Assembly: GCA_020048975.1 (NCBI GenBank)
Contig: JAIFLQ010000017.1
Span: forward strand, 1-45,904
Origin: Rickettsia sp.
GTDB taxonomy: Bacteria; Pseudomonadota; Alphaproteobacteria; Rickettsiales; Rickettsiaceae
DNA: 45,904 nucleotides
Direction of reading: 5' to 3'
The notes under the pieces are model-generated. The model made no database searches. It had not been told where the DNA came from and saw nothing but the letters and a program-made list of their open reading frames with translations. How positions within the stretch are numbered: position 1 is the first letter of the stretch; the number at the start of each line of letters is the position of its first letter. This document shows, in pieces, positions 1-8,230 of the stretch. The position numbers and the translations under genes were made by a program.

Positions 1-95
1 TGCTGATATATCCTTTTTACTAAATTTGAGGTAACACCTGTATAAAGAGTTCCGTTTTTTTTGTTTGTTATAATATAAACAATAGGCTGTTTCAT
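1..95 (-). CDS. GIY-YIG nuclease family protein (UPF0213/YhbQ-like), N-terminal part; runs off the window edge
   Basis: Manual translation from ATG at 95 gives MKQPIVYIITNKKNGTLYTGVTSNLVKRIYQ, with the VY..LYTG.T.NL..R GIY-YIG signature. Not in the ORF track. Confidence 0.88.
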   Translation of the reverse strand, partial: MKQPIVYIITNKKNGTLYTGVTSNLVKRIYQ

Positions 96-113
96 TTTAT
101 TAACATTAATTCG

Positions 114-208
114 ACTAGATTGCCGCGACGAACCCACATCATGACGAGGAGCAGAAGCGACGTGGCTATCTATTCTTACTAGATTGCCGCGCTTCGCTCG
201 CAATGACG
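114..208. repeat. RPE/CGTC-type palindromic element (family A) plus a duplicated half
   Basis: tcatgacgaggagc..gcgacgtggctatcta-N7-tagattgccgcg..ctcgcaatgac forms a hairpin. actagattgccgcg is repeated at 114-127 and 178-191. Confidence 0.8.
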
Positions 209-231
209 GTATTGCCTATACTCCCTTCCAA

Positions 232-1233
232 TTACTCCCCTTCACGCCAAGCTTTAATTTCATATAGCGCCTGTTTCAGCACAGCTTCTAGCCCAATATT
301 TGCGTAACCAGAAATAGGGTATATTTTTTTATTGGTTATTTTCTCAAGCAATTTGATTTTTTTTGCCAATGTCTTTTCGTCAATAGTGTCTATTTTATTT
401 ATACATATAATTTCAGTTTTTTCCTTTAAAAGAACGGAATATGATTCAAGTTCATTTCTAATAGTTAAATAATCTTTATCAACGTGAGGAGAATCAGCAT
501 CAATCACATGAATTAGCACGCCACATCTTTCTATATGCTTAAGAAATTTATCACCAAGGCCGCTACCAGCATGCGCTCCTTCAATTAGCCCCGGTATATC
601 TGCGAGCACAAATTCTTCTTCGTTAACATAAACAACACCAAGACCAGGTTTTAAAGTAGTAAAATGATAATCGGCAATTTTAGGCTTTGCCGCAGTAGTT
701 CTAGACAAAAAAGTGGATTTTCCAACATTTGGTAAACCAATTAAACCAACATCAGAAAGAAGCTTCAATTTTAACCACACATCCATTTCTCCGCCGAGCT
801 CGCCTTCCGTTCGTTTTCTTGGAGATTTATTAGTACTAGATTTAAAATGATTATTACCAAGCCCCCCTTTTCCACCAGGGATAATTTCAAACTGCTGATT
901 ATCTTGCGTAAAATCATGAATTAACAAGTTTCCATCTTCTGAGAAGATTTGAGTCCCCACCGGTACTTTCAGAACTAGTGGCGCGCGTGACTTACCCGTC
1001 ATATTCCGTCCCTTTCCTGACACGCCATTTTGGGCTTTAAAATGCCTTATATAGCGAAAGTCTAAAAGAGTGTTAAGATGAGAATTACTTTGAAAAATAA
1101 TCCCCCCACCATCGCCACCATCGCCACCATCTGGCCCCCCGCGATCGATAAATTTCTCCCTTCTGAAACTCACAGCTCCATTGCCACCGTCGCCTGCTTT
1201 GATATATATTTTCGATTCGTCTATAAACTGCAT
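232..1233 (-). CDS. obgE: GTPase ObgE/CgtA
   Basis: Gly-rich Obg domain ([24 protein letters not shown]), G1 [16 protein letters not shown]. Confidence 0.98.
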   Translation of the reverse strand: MQFIDESKIYIKAGDGGNGAVSFRREKFIDRGGPDGGDGGDGGGIIFQSNSHLNTLLDFRYIRHFKAQNGVSGKGRNMTGKSRAPLVLKVPVGTQIFSEDGNLLIHDFTQDNQQFEIIPGGKGGLGNNHFKSSTNKSPRKRTEGELGGEMDVWLKLKLLSDVGLIGLPNVGKSTFLSRTTAAKPKIADYHFTTLKPGLGVVYVNEEEFVLADIPGLIEGAHAGSGLGDKFLKHIERCGVLIHVIDADSPHVDKDYLTIRNELESYSVLLKEKTEIICINKIDTIDEKTLAKKIKLLEKITNKKIYPISGYANIGLEAVLKQALYEIKAWREGE

Positions 1234-1374
1234 TTAAGGTTAACTAATATAAAATGGTATAAGATACCACACTATAGCAAATTTTTAGATTAAATGCCAA
1301 TTGAATATATTGATCATTACAACCTAGTTAGTGTACTTTTATTAGATAATTTAAATGAAACTTGAGTTAAAACT

Positions 1375-3117
1375 ATGAAAAGCAGTTCTATTGAAGAAAT
1401 AATTGCTGCCCAAAACCAACCTTTCAAATGCGCTAGTTTTAGCGGCGGCGGAGCTAAAGGCGCAATTTATTCAGGGGCCCACGAGGCATTATCTAAAGGC
1501 GGAGTCCTCAAAAACCTTGATGCCGTTGCCGGCTCTTCGGCTGGTTCTCTTACCGCAGCCATGATAGCAACTGGAATTTCCACTGAAAAATATAAACAAA
1601 TTACAAAAGACACGAATCTCAAAGGATTGCTCGGAGAGGGATTCCTTGTTAACAAAGATGGAAAACCATTATTAAACTTATTAAAAAATACTATCCGTAG
1701 TAACATTTCAGAATTTCTTGAAAATGCCGATATATCTAATTTATGCAATCAACGTTTAGAGCAGATAGATAAACAAAAATTAGCAGCAGAATCATTACCT
1801 CAATCAGAAAAAGAAGAAACTTTATCAGAGCTTACAAGACAGGAAGATGTGTTATTAAATATTATTAGTTCTAATGGCAAATTAATAGAGGAAATAAAAG
1901 AAAAAGCTCTCGACCCAGAGGGGAAAATTTTATTCAAAGACTTAGCTATGCTAAGAGTCATTGCACCAGATACATTCAAAGATTTAGTTGTTACAGCCAC
2001 AAGAAAAGATACAGGAGATTTAGAAATTTTTGATAGTAGGAACACTCCCGATGTAGAAATTGCTCTAGCGTGCAGAGCATCCGCTTCTATCCCTATAGTA
2101 TTTGAACCAGTCACTATTAATGGCAAACAATATGTAGATGGCGGCTATAGAGATAACCTGCCTTTGAGCCATTTTAACGAAGAAAATGCAAATGGCCCTA
2201 AAGATATATCCGATAATCCAGAAGAAATTCAATCAGCAAAAAAAACTGGTCGCACATTAGCACTTGCTTTTGGCTCTGGCATGGATGACTCTGCTAACGT
2301 AGCTATTTACAGCGCTCAAGAAAAAATAGTAAACCCTGGAAAATTAGTAAAATTCTTGATGGATGTAGTTTTCAAAGCGCTAGCAAGAGTAGGAGGGATT
2401 TTTAAATATTCAGAAGAAGAAAACAAAACTTTTGAAAGAGTGAGAGAAAATGCTCTAAATACAGTAGTTCTAGACACTGGTGACGTTGGCACCTTATCTT
2501 TTGACTTAGCGCAAGAAAAGGCAGAATATCTCCATATTAAAGGATTTATGCAAACTTCAAGATATCTACACAATCACGATATTGCGCCAATAAAAGATCC
2601 AAATTTCGAAATGAAAGATTTCTTTTTAAAGGTGTACGAAGATTCGCAGGCTAAAAGCACAATCCAAAGCTGGAAGGATAAAGTCGTTGGCGGCAAAACT
2701 GAAAAACTAAAAGTGTTACTAGAATTCTGCAAAGACGAACCTTGGCAAAATAAAAGCAAAGAGGAAGTATTATCTGATGTAATAAGCATTTCAGCAACCG
2801 CTAGAACTTCAGGCAAGGTTACAGCTGATACAAATACTATAAAAGCTTTGACTAACGCCTTAAATGATTCATTTACACCAGAAACAGTTAGACTGGATTT
2901 TGTAAAAACCCTTGGGATAGATGTGCAAAAAGATAAAAGGTTCGATAATACAAAAACTCTGAGCCAAAATATGGCTAAATTTAAATTTGAAGATAACGAC
3001 TTTAAAGAATTTCTTAAAAACAAACAAGCTAACAATACTCGCGAAGAACCAAAATCTATGAGCGAGAAAATAAAGGAGCAACAGGCTCAGAACGCAAACA
3101 AACCTAGGGAAGTATGA
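1375..3117 (+). CDS. Patatin-like phospholipase A (ExoU/VipD/Pat2-like putative effector)
   Basis: GGGAKG oxyanion loop, GSSAG nucleophile, ASASIP, DGG catalytic Asp; long helical insert and C-terminal extension. Confidence 0.9.
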   Translation: MKSSSIEEIIAAQNQPFKCASFSGGGAKGAIYSGAHEALSKGGVLKNLDAVAGSSAGSLTAAMIATGISTEKYKQITKDTNLKGLLGEGFLVNKDGKPLLNLLKNTIRSNISEFLENADISNLCNQRLEQIDKQKLAAESLPQSEKEETLSELTRQEDVLLNIISSNGKLIEEIKEKALDPEGKILFKDLAMLRVIAPDTFKDLVVTATRKDTGDLEIFDSRNTPDVEIALACRASASIPIVFEPVTINGKQYVDGGYRDNLPLSHFNEENANGPKDISDNPEEIQSAKKTGRTLALAFGSGMDDSANVAIYSAQEKIVNPGKLVKFLMDVVFKALARVGGIFKYSEEENKTFERVRENALNTVVLDTGDVGTLSFDLAQEKAEYLHIKGFMQTSRYLHNHDIAPIKDPNFEMKDFFLKVYEDSQAKSTIQSWKDKVVGGKTEKLKVLLEFCKDEPWQNKSKEEVLSDVISISATARTSGKVTADTNTIKALTNALNDSFTPETVRLDFVKTLGIDVQKDKRFDNTKTLSQNMAKFKFEDNDFKEFLKNKQANNTREEPKSMSEKIKEQQAQNANKPREV

Positions 3118-3137
3118 ATAAATCTATAGAGGACGCT

Positions 3138-3192
3138 CGTCACTAGCGAATTATTTCCCGTCATTACTGTAAAGGTTCATAATTTCGGTGAC
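3138..3192. repeat. Repeat fragment; 3161-3192 is an inverted copy of 10655-10686
   Basis: Reverse complement gtcaccgaaattatgaacctttacagtaatga matches 10655-10686 at 30/32. cgtcactagcgaat resembles the family A arm. Confidence 0.75.
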
Positions 3193-3200
3193 AACAGATT

Positions 3201-4601
3201 TCACAAACTCCTTATTTGGACTAAATTATTCCCATTTTGTTGTTTAATAAAATTTAAAAACTGACTAATAGAGTCAACTATATCATCGTTCTTACTATTT
3301 GGAAAATTGGTGATTTCAGAAATTACTACTCTATTAAAACCAGATTGCTTTGGTATTAATACCCTCGCATTTTCAAAAAGATGTGTAACAGATGCAAATC
3401 TTGTGAGTTTATCCAAAGATGGTCTAATAGCTTTGATGTTCTTAAATCCACTAAGCTTCAAGTCTTGAATAATTTGCTGCCCACTTGCTTTATCTTCGAT
3501 TAAAACAAATTTGGGCATATATTTATGAATCTGTTTTTCAATTTCATTTTTTAAATGCGAATAAACCAATTTCTTTCTAATCATTTGCACTAAATAATAT
3601 CTATTCTGAACCACACCCCAGATAGTTCCTACTGTATAATCAGCTTTTTCAGAGATTTTAATAGCAGTGTCCCAACTGTGAACAAAACAATCGAATTTAT
3701 CAGGTAGTTTCTCAAAATAATGGATATCATTCTGAGAAAGTAGATTATAATTAGCTGGTAAGGGTTCTTGCAAAAACTGAGCGGCATAATTTCTTGTACC
3801 GATTTCCTGCTCAATATTGCATAAAAATTCAGGGTTTTCGCGGATTTTATCTAAGACCTCACCTTCGATATATAATTTATTAAACTTCCCAAAATTATAT
3901 TCAATATTTTTAGGCGCTAATGCTGGGATTTTTAAAATTTCCCAATTACCAGAAGATTGTAAATGAGCTGACAAATCATCTTGGTGTAATCTTTGCATGA
4001 CAAGAACTATCGCCCCTTTGTTTTTATCATTAAGCCTAGTTACAAATGTTTGCTCGAACCATTCTATAGCTCTATTACGCATTTTTAGCGAATTGATTTG
4101 AGTGGGATTATGCGGATCGTCTATTATCAAAAAATCTCCCCCCTCCCCTGTTGCTGAACCACCAACACTTGTGGCAAAACGAAAACCATTTTCGGTAGTT
4201 AAAAACTTACTTTTCTGATTGTGAGTTTTTGATAATTTAGTCTTAGGAAAGATTTTCTGATACCACGCTGAAGATACTACTAACCTTGAATCCAGTGAAT
4301 GTTTGATACTTAAAACCGAAGAATAACTTGCCACCATTATCCTTACACTGGGAGACAAAGCTAAAAGCCAAGCTGGCCAAGCCACACTTACACATACAGA
4401 TTTCAAAGCTCTAGGAGGCATGTTAATTATCAAACGTTTAATTTGCCCTTGGCGAACAGCTTCTAAATACTGGGCTATCAACTCTATATGCCAGTTAGCA
4501 TGGTAATCAGCCCCTGGATTTATCACCGAAAAAACCTTGGCAATAAAACTGGGGAAATCTACGCAAAGGATTGCTTCTAGAAATTCTTCAGTATCTTTCA
4601 T
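3201..4601 (-). CDS. terL: Phage/GTA-like terminase large subunit
   Basis: INMPPRALKS Walker A variant, FLIIDDP Walker B, MQRLH..DL, SWDTA nuclease Asp, IEDKASG, NDDIVDS. ATG 4601 preferred over GTG 4619, which lies inside a repeat. Confidence 0.92.
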   Translation of the reverse strand: MKDTEEFLEAILCVDFPSFIAKVFSVINPGADYHANWHIELIAQYLEAVRQGQIKRLIINMPPRALKSVCVSVAWPAWLLALSPSVRIMVASYSSVLSIKHSLDSRLVVSSAWYQKIFPKTKLSKTHNQKSKFLTTENGFRFATSVGGSATGEGGDFLIIDDPHNPTQINSLKMRNRAIEWFEQTFVTRLNDKNKGAIVLVMQRLHQDDLSAHLQSSGNWEILKIPALAPKNIEYNFGKFNKLYIEGEVLDKIRENPEFLCNIEQEIGTRNYAAQFLQEPLPANYNLLSQNDIHYFEKLPDKFDCFVHSWDTAIKISEKADYTVGTIWGVVQNRYYLVQMIRKKLVYSHLKNEIEKQIHKYMPKFVLIEDKASGQQIIQDLKLSGFKNIKAIRPSLDKLTRFASVTHLFENARVLIPKQSGFNRVVISEITNFPNSKNDDIVDSISQFLNFIKQQNGNNLVQIRSL

Positions 4602-4609
4602 TATTTGAT

Positions 4610-4719
4610 ATTCCCTCACCTCTCCTTGTCATTCCCTCACCTCTCCTTGTCATTCCCGCACAAGCGGGAATCTAGCTTTAAATACAATTCTCTAGATCCC
4701 CTCCTTCGAGGTGATGACA
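4610..4719. repeat. 21-bp tandem repeat (x2.3) joined to an RPE-type palindrome (family B)
   Basis: attccctcacctctccttgtc at 4610-4630 and 4631-4651, then gtcattcccgc-acaa-gcgggaatctag...ctagatccc...gatgac. Confidence 0.85.
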
Positions 4720-4783
4720 CAACCTCCGACTGTTGCCATTCCTGCATCCATCCGTTGATAAGTCCTGTTCGTAAGTTACTTTA

Positions 4784-5056
4784 TTAAATTTTATTTTGTA
4801 AGTTATATTTTTCTACAAAGCGTTTTATAATATTATTATCTTCTTTACTTATTGCGCATTCCTCTCCAATCTCTTCTTGTTTAAGTTTATTTAGCTGGAT
4901 AATTAAAGACACAAGCTTATTCAATGTATCTGTAATATTCTTTTTTACGTTTAGAGCGTTTTTTGATTTACTTGACCCTATTTCATCAAGCTCTTCCTCT
5001 AATAACGAGACGAGCCTTGCTATAAAACCATATAATTTATTGACTGTATTTTTCAT
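4784..5056 (-). CDS. Small helical protein, putative terminase small subunit
   Basis: 90-aa coiled-coil-like ORF between portal and terL on the same strand. Function inferred from position only. Confidence 0.5.
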   Translation of the reverse strand: MKNTVNKLYGFIARLVSLLEEELDEIGSSKSKNALNVKKNITDTLNKLVSLIIQLNKLKQEEIGEECAISKEDNNIIKRFVEKYNLQNKI

Positions 5057-5075
5057 TATTATTTATTCACATTGG

Positions 5076-6254
5076 TTATTGATTTTCGTTAAAAATCTTA
5101 TCTCCCCCCTCTACAGCTCCTAACCCCACAAACGCTCTTTTTTCATTTAGTGTCATAAAAGAAGCACCAGCAATTTTAGACCATAGATTTTCTCTGCGTT
5201 CAGTGAGAGCTGATATTGCATCACGATCAAAATCAATTAATAAATCTTCTTCAAACCAATATGAGAACCAATTGCTTAAACCATCCGACAATTTATCTAG
5301 CAACGGAACAATATTTTCTTCCCAAAGAGCAAGCCTTGCCTCTTGCATGTTACTATATGTATTGTCACCGTTAATACCAAGTAATTGAGGTGGTATATTA
5401 AAAGCTATAGCAATGTCTCTAGCACTTGAGTCCTTTAGCTCCAAAAATTTCTCAAATCTTTCTGCATTATTAGTTTCTTGCCACTTTAGCCCTCCTTCAA
5501 GCACCAGAGGTTTACCTGAGTTAGAAGATCCGCTAAAATTATCATAAAATTGCTGTTGAAGCCTTTCAAATTGCTCGTCATTTAAATAACCATTACCATC
5601 TTGAAAAACTAGAGCCCCACTAGGTTTAACAGCATTTTTAAGAAGCGCCTTGTTCCAAGACAAAGTTTGCGAATATAAATTTATAGATTTTGCAGCCGCT
5701 GCAAGTGATGATAACCCATAAAAATGATTCGATGGATGATAATTCTTAAAATGCAAAACACGACTCATCCTGCTTGCACCATCAATCGGATATGTTTTTT
5801 CAGAACTAGAATTCCTGTGTCTATATGCAATAGCTCTATCATTCTTAACAACAATTTCAACTGCTTTTGAATGTAAACTATATACTCCAGAAGCAGATGA
5901 AGCATCCAACCCAGCTAGAAAAAGATAACTATTGCCATGAAGCAACAGACTAGAAATAACTTCGGTAAAAAAATCTGCTCCAGAAGTTTCTGGATTAGGT
6001 TTTTTTAGTAATTTGGCAGCAAGATGATTAGACGCAAGAACCATCCTGTTTCCATGGTTTTTATATACTAACCACGGAACGTGACTAGCAGACGAAGCTA
6101 TTAAACTCACGCATCGGTGAACTATTACATTATCAAAATACTGCTCGGAACCTACTCTATTTTCAGAAGAAAAAATTGAGTCTGGTATATCCAAAATAGA
6201 TGCGCTTTTTTTTTGCCCAGAATTACGTAACTTTTTTATATAATTTTTAAACAT
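5076..6254 (-). CDS. HK97-family phage portal protein (GTA-like)
   Basis: LLKKPNP, LLLHGNSY, VLHFK.YHP....YGLS, PSGAL, LEGGLKW, IAIAFNIPPQLLGI.GDNTYSN.QEAR, FMTLNEKR. Confidence 0.95.
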   Translation of the reverse strand: MFKNYIKKLRNSGQKKSASILDIPDSIFSSENRVGSEQYFDNVIVHRCVSLIASSASHVPWLVYKNHGNRMVLASNHLAAKLLKKPNPETSGADFFTEVISSLLLHGNSYLFLAGLDASSASGVYSLHSKAVEIVVKNDRAIAYRHRNSSSEKTYPIDGASRMSRVLHFKNYHPSNHFYGLSSLAAAAKSINLYSQTLSWNKALLKNAVKPSGALVFQDGNGYLNDEQFERLQQQFYDNFSGSSNSGKPLVLEGGLKWQETNNAERFEKFLELKDSSARDIAIAFNIPPQLLGINGDNTYSNMQEARLALWEENIVPLLDKLSDGLSNWFSYWFEEDLLIDFDRDAISALTERRENLWSKIAGASFMTLNEKRAFVGLGAVEGGDKIFNENQ

Positions 6255-6440
6255 AAGGTTATATTTTTTGTTTGTAATAATTTGTTATATACCATTACAC
6301 TACTTGCACTAAGGCTTAGAATTAATTTACACTAAATTAATAGTTGCATTTTTAGTTACTTTTCTTTTGATTGATTTCAAAAAATATTATATGTATTATC
6401 TTTTTACTAAAGATATATAAAAATTATTAGGAGATACATA

Positions 6441-7043
6441 ATGACAGTATTTATAGGTAACTTGGCTCCAGATTTTACAGCAAAAACAGTTATGCCAGAT
6501 AACTCAATAGATAGTAATTTTAATCTAAAAAATTACTTAAAAGGACACAAAGGTATTTTATTTTTTTACCCTCTCGATTTTACCTTTGTTTGCCCTTCAG
6601 AAATTCTTGCTTTCAATAATAGACTTGGAGAATTTCATTCTAGAGGCACAAAGGTAGTAGCGGTAAGTGTTGATTCTCACTTCTCTCATCACGCTTGGAA
6701 ATCCATGTCAATTAATAAGGGTGGAATAGGAGATGTTCAGTTTCCATTAGTGTCAGATTTAAGTAAAGAAATTTCAAAAGCTTATAATGTTTTAAGTGAT
6801 GAGAGTATATCATTTAGAGGAACATTCTTAATTGATGCAAATTTTAAAATAAGACATTACTTAGTAAATGATTTACCACTTGGCAGAAATGTTGATGAAA
6901 CCATTAGAATGATAGATGCATTAGATCATCATGACACGCATGGGGAAGTATGTCCGGCAGGTTGGAAAAAAGGAGATCAAGCTATGCAGGCTACAAAACA
7001 AGGTGTCTCTGATTACTTAACTTCGAATGCTGAAAATCTATAA
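6441..7043 (+). CDS. ahpC: 2-Cys peroxiredoxin (AhpC/TSA)
   Basis: FFYPLDFTFVCPSE and GEVCPAGW motifs. Confidence 0.95.
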   Translation: MTVFIGNLAPDFTAKTVMPDNSIDSNFNLKNYLKGHKGILFFYPLDFTFVCPSEILAFNNRLGEFHSRGTKVVAVSVDSHFSHHAWKSMSINKGGIGDVQFPLVSDLSKEISKAYNVLSDESISFRGTFLIDANFKIRHYLVNDLPLGRNVDETIRMIDALDHHDTHGEVCPAGWKKGDQAMQATKQGVSDYLTSNAENL

Positions 7044-7070
7044 GTATATTTTGTTAATGAGAGTGGAGTT

Positions 7071-8219
7071 ATGTTTGGAAATATTTTTACGAATAATAAA
7101 GCTCCCTCTTATTCCAAAGAAACTATAGACATATTAAGACTAATCAGAAGCGAGAATATTGGACCTAAAACATTTTTTAGCCTTATAAAATTTTTTGGTT
7201 CAGCTACCAAAGCTCTAGAAAATGCTCAAGATTTTTCACTCAGAGGCGGTAGATCAAAACCAATAAAGCTTTATTCTAAGGACTCCGCCTTAAAAGAACT
7301 TGCATCATTGGAAGAACATAATGGTTATTTAATAACATATAAAGATTCAAATTATTCAGAGTTATTATCACAAATACCAGACCCACCACCTGTTTTATCG
7401 TATAAAGGAAATATCTCACTCTTAAATCATAATAAAATTATTGCTATAGTAGGGGCAAGAAATAGTTCGATCAATGGCAGATCTTTTGCATCTAGCTTAT
7501 CTAAAGATTTGGTCAAAGCTGGGTATGTCACAGCTTCAGGACTTGCAAGAGGAATAGATACATCCGTTCATTCTGGCAGTATTAGTAGCACAATTGCTGT
7601 AATAGCTGGAGGTATAGATTACATATACCCACCAGAAAATAAAAATTTATATGCCCAAATAGCAGAAAATGGTTTGCTTTTAGCAGAGCTCCCTGTAGGA
7701 TCCAAACCGCTTAGCCAACATTTTCCTCAACGTAATAGGATTATCTCAGGATTATCTCTTGCAACAGTAGTGGTTGAAGCTGGTTTGAAATCTGGATCAC
7801 TAATTACTGCAAATTTTGCCTTAGAACAAAATAGAGAGGTTTTTGCTGCGCCTGGTTTCCCTCTTGATCCCAGATGTGTTGGTAGTAATAGATTAATAAA
7901 AAATGGCGCTTATTTACTTGAAAATGTTGATGATATCATCTTAAATGTGATATCAAAAGATAAATTAAGCGACTCCCTGAAAGAGGGAGCCAAATATTTT
8001 AATAGTTTAAGTCTTGATATGGGAAATAATGATATTCAAATAACTGATAAGGATCGCAAGGCAGTGATAGAATTGCTTTCTGCTTCAGAAGTAACTATTG
8101 ATGTAATAGCAAACCAATTACAATTAGAGTTACCAATTCTGTATACAATATTCCTAGAACTTGAACTTGCAGGTAAAATTAGTAGATCTGCTGGTAATAA
8201 AATTTCGTTAATATATTAA
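7071..8219 (+). CDS. dprA: DNA-processing protein DprA/Smf
   Basis: AIVGAR, SGLARGID, FPQRNRIISGLS, VVEA..KSGSLITA; lies upstream of topA. Confidence 0.97.
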   Translation: MFGNIFTNNKAPSYSKETIDILRLIRSENIGPKTFFSLIKFFGSATKALENAQDFSLRGGRSKPIKLYSKDSALKELASLEEHNGYLITYKDSNYSELLSQIPDPPPVLSYKGNISLLNHNKIIAIVGARNSSINGRSFASSLSKDLVKAGYVTASGLARGIDTSVHSGSISSTIAVIAGGIDYIYPPENKNLYAQIAENGLLLAELPVGSKPLSQHFPQRNRIISGLSLATVVVEAGLKSGSLITANFALEQNREVFAAPGFPLDPRCVGSNRLIKNGAYLLENVDDIILNVISKDKLSDSLKEGAKYFNSLSLDMGNNDIQITDKDRKAVIELLSASEVTIDVIANQLQLELPILYTIFLELELAGKISRSAGNKISLIY

Positions 8220-8230
8220 TTTAGATTTGT

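Noticed and set aside
1467-3081. Antisense ORFs within the patatin gene, and similar ones within topA, isc, nuo and hscA
   Set aside because: Shadow frames of well-supported genes.
4610-4657. Tandem repeat as a CRISPR array
   Set aside because: No spacers, only 2.3 units, and no cas genes.
4781-4786. Read-through or frameshift fusion of the small ORF with terL
   Set aside because: Tandem TAA TAA stops followed by about 180 bp of repeat-filled spacer.
4605-4787. 60-aa ORF with FPHLSLS repeats
   Set aside because: It is the translation of the 21-bp tandem and family B palindrome, antisense to the packaging genes.
3201-6254. Intact prophage
   Set aside because: No integrase, capsid, tail, lysis or replication genes; the flanks are host genes.
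6255-6440. CtrA box upstream of portal
   Set aside because: Only imperfect TTAA-N7-TAAA or half sites, which are expected by chance in such AT-rich DNA.
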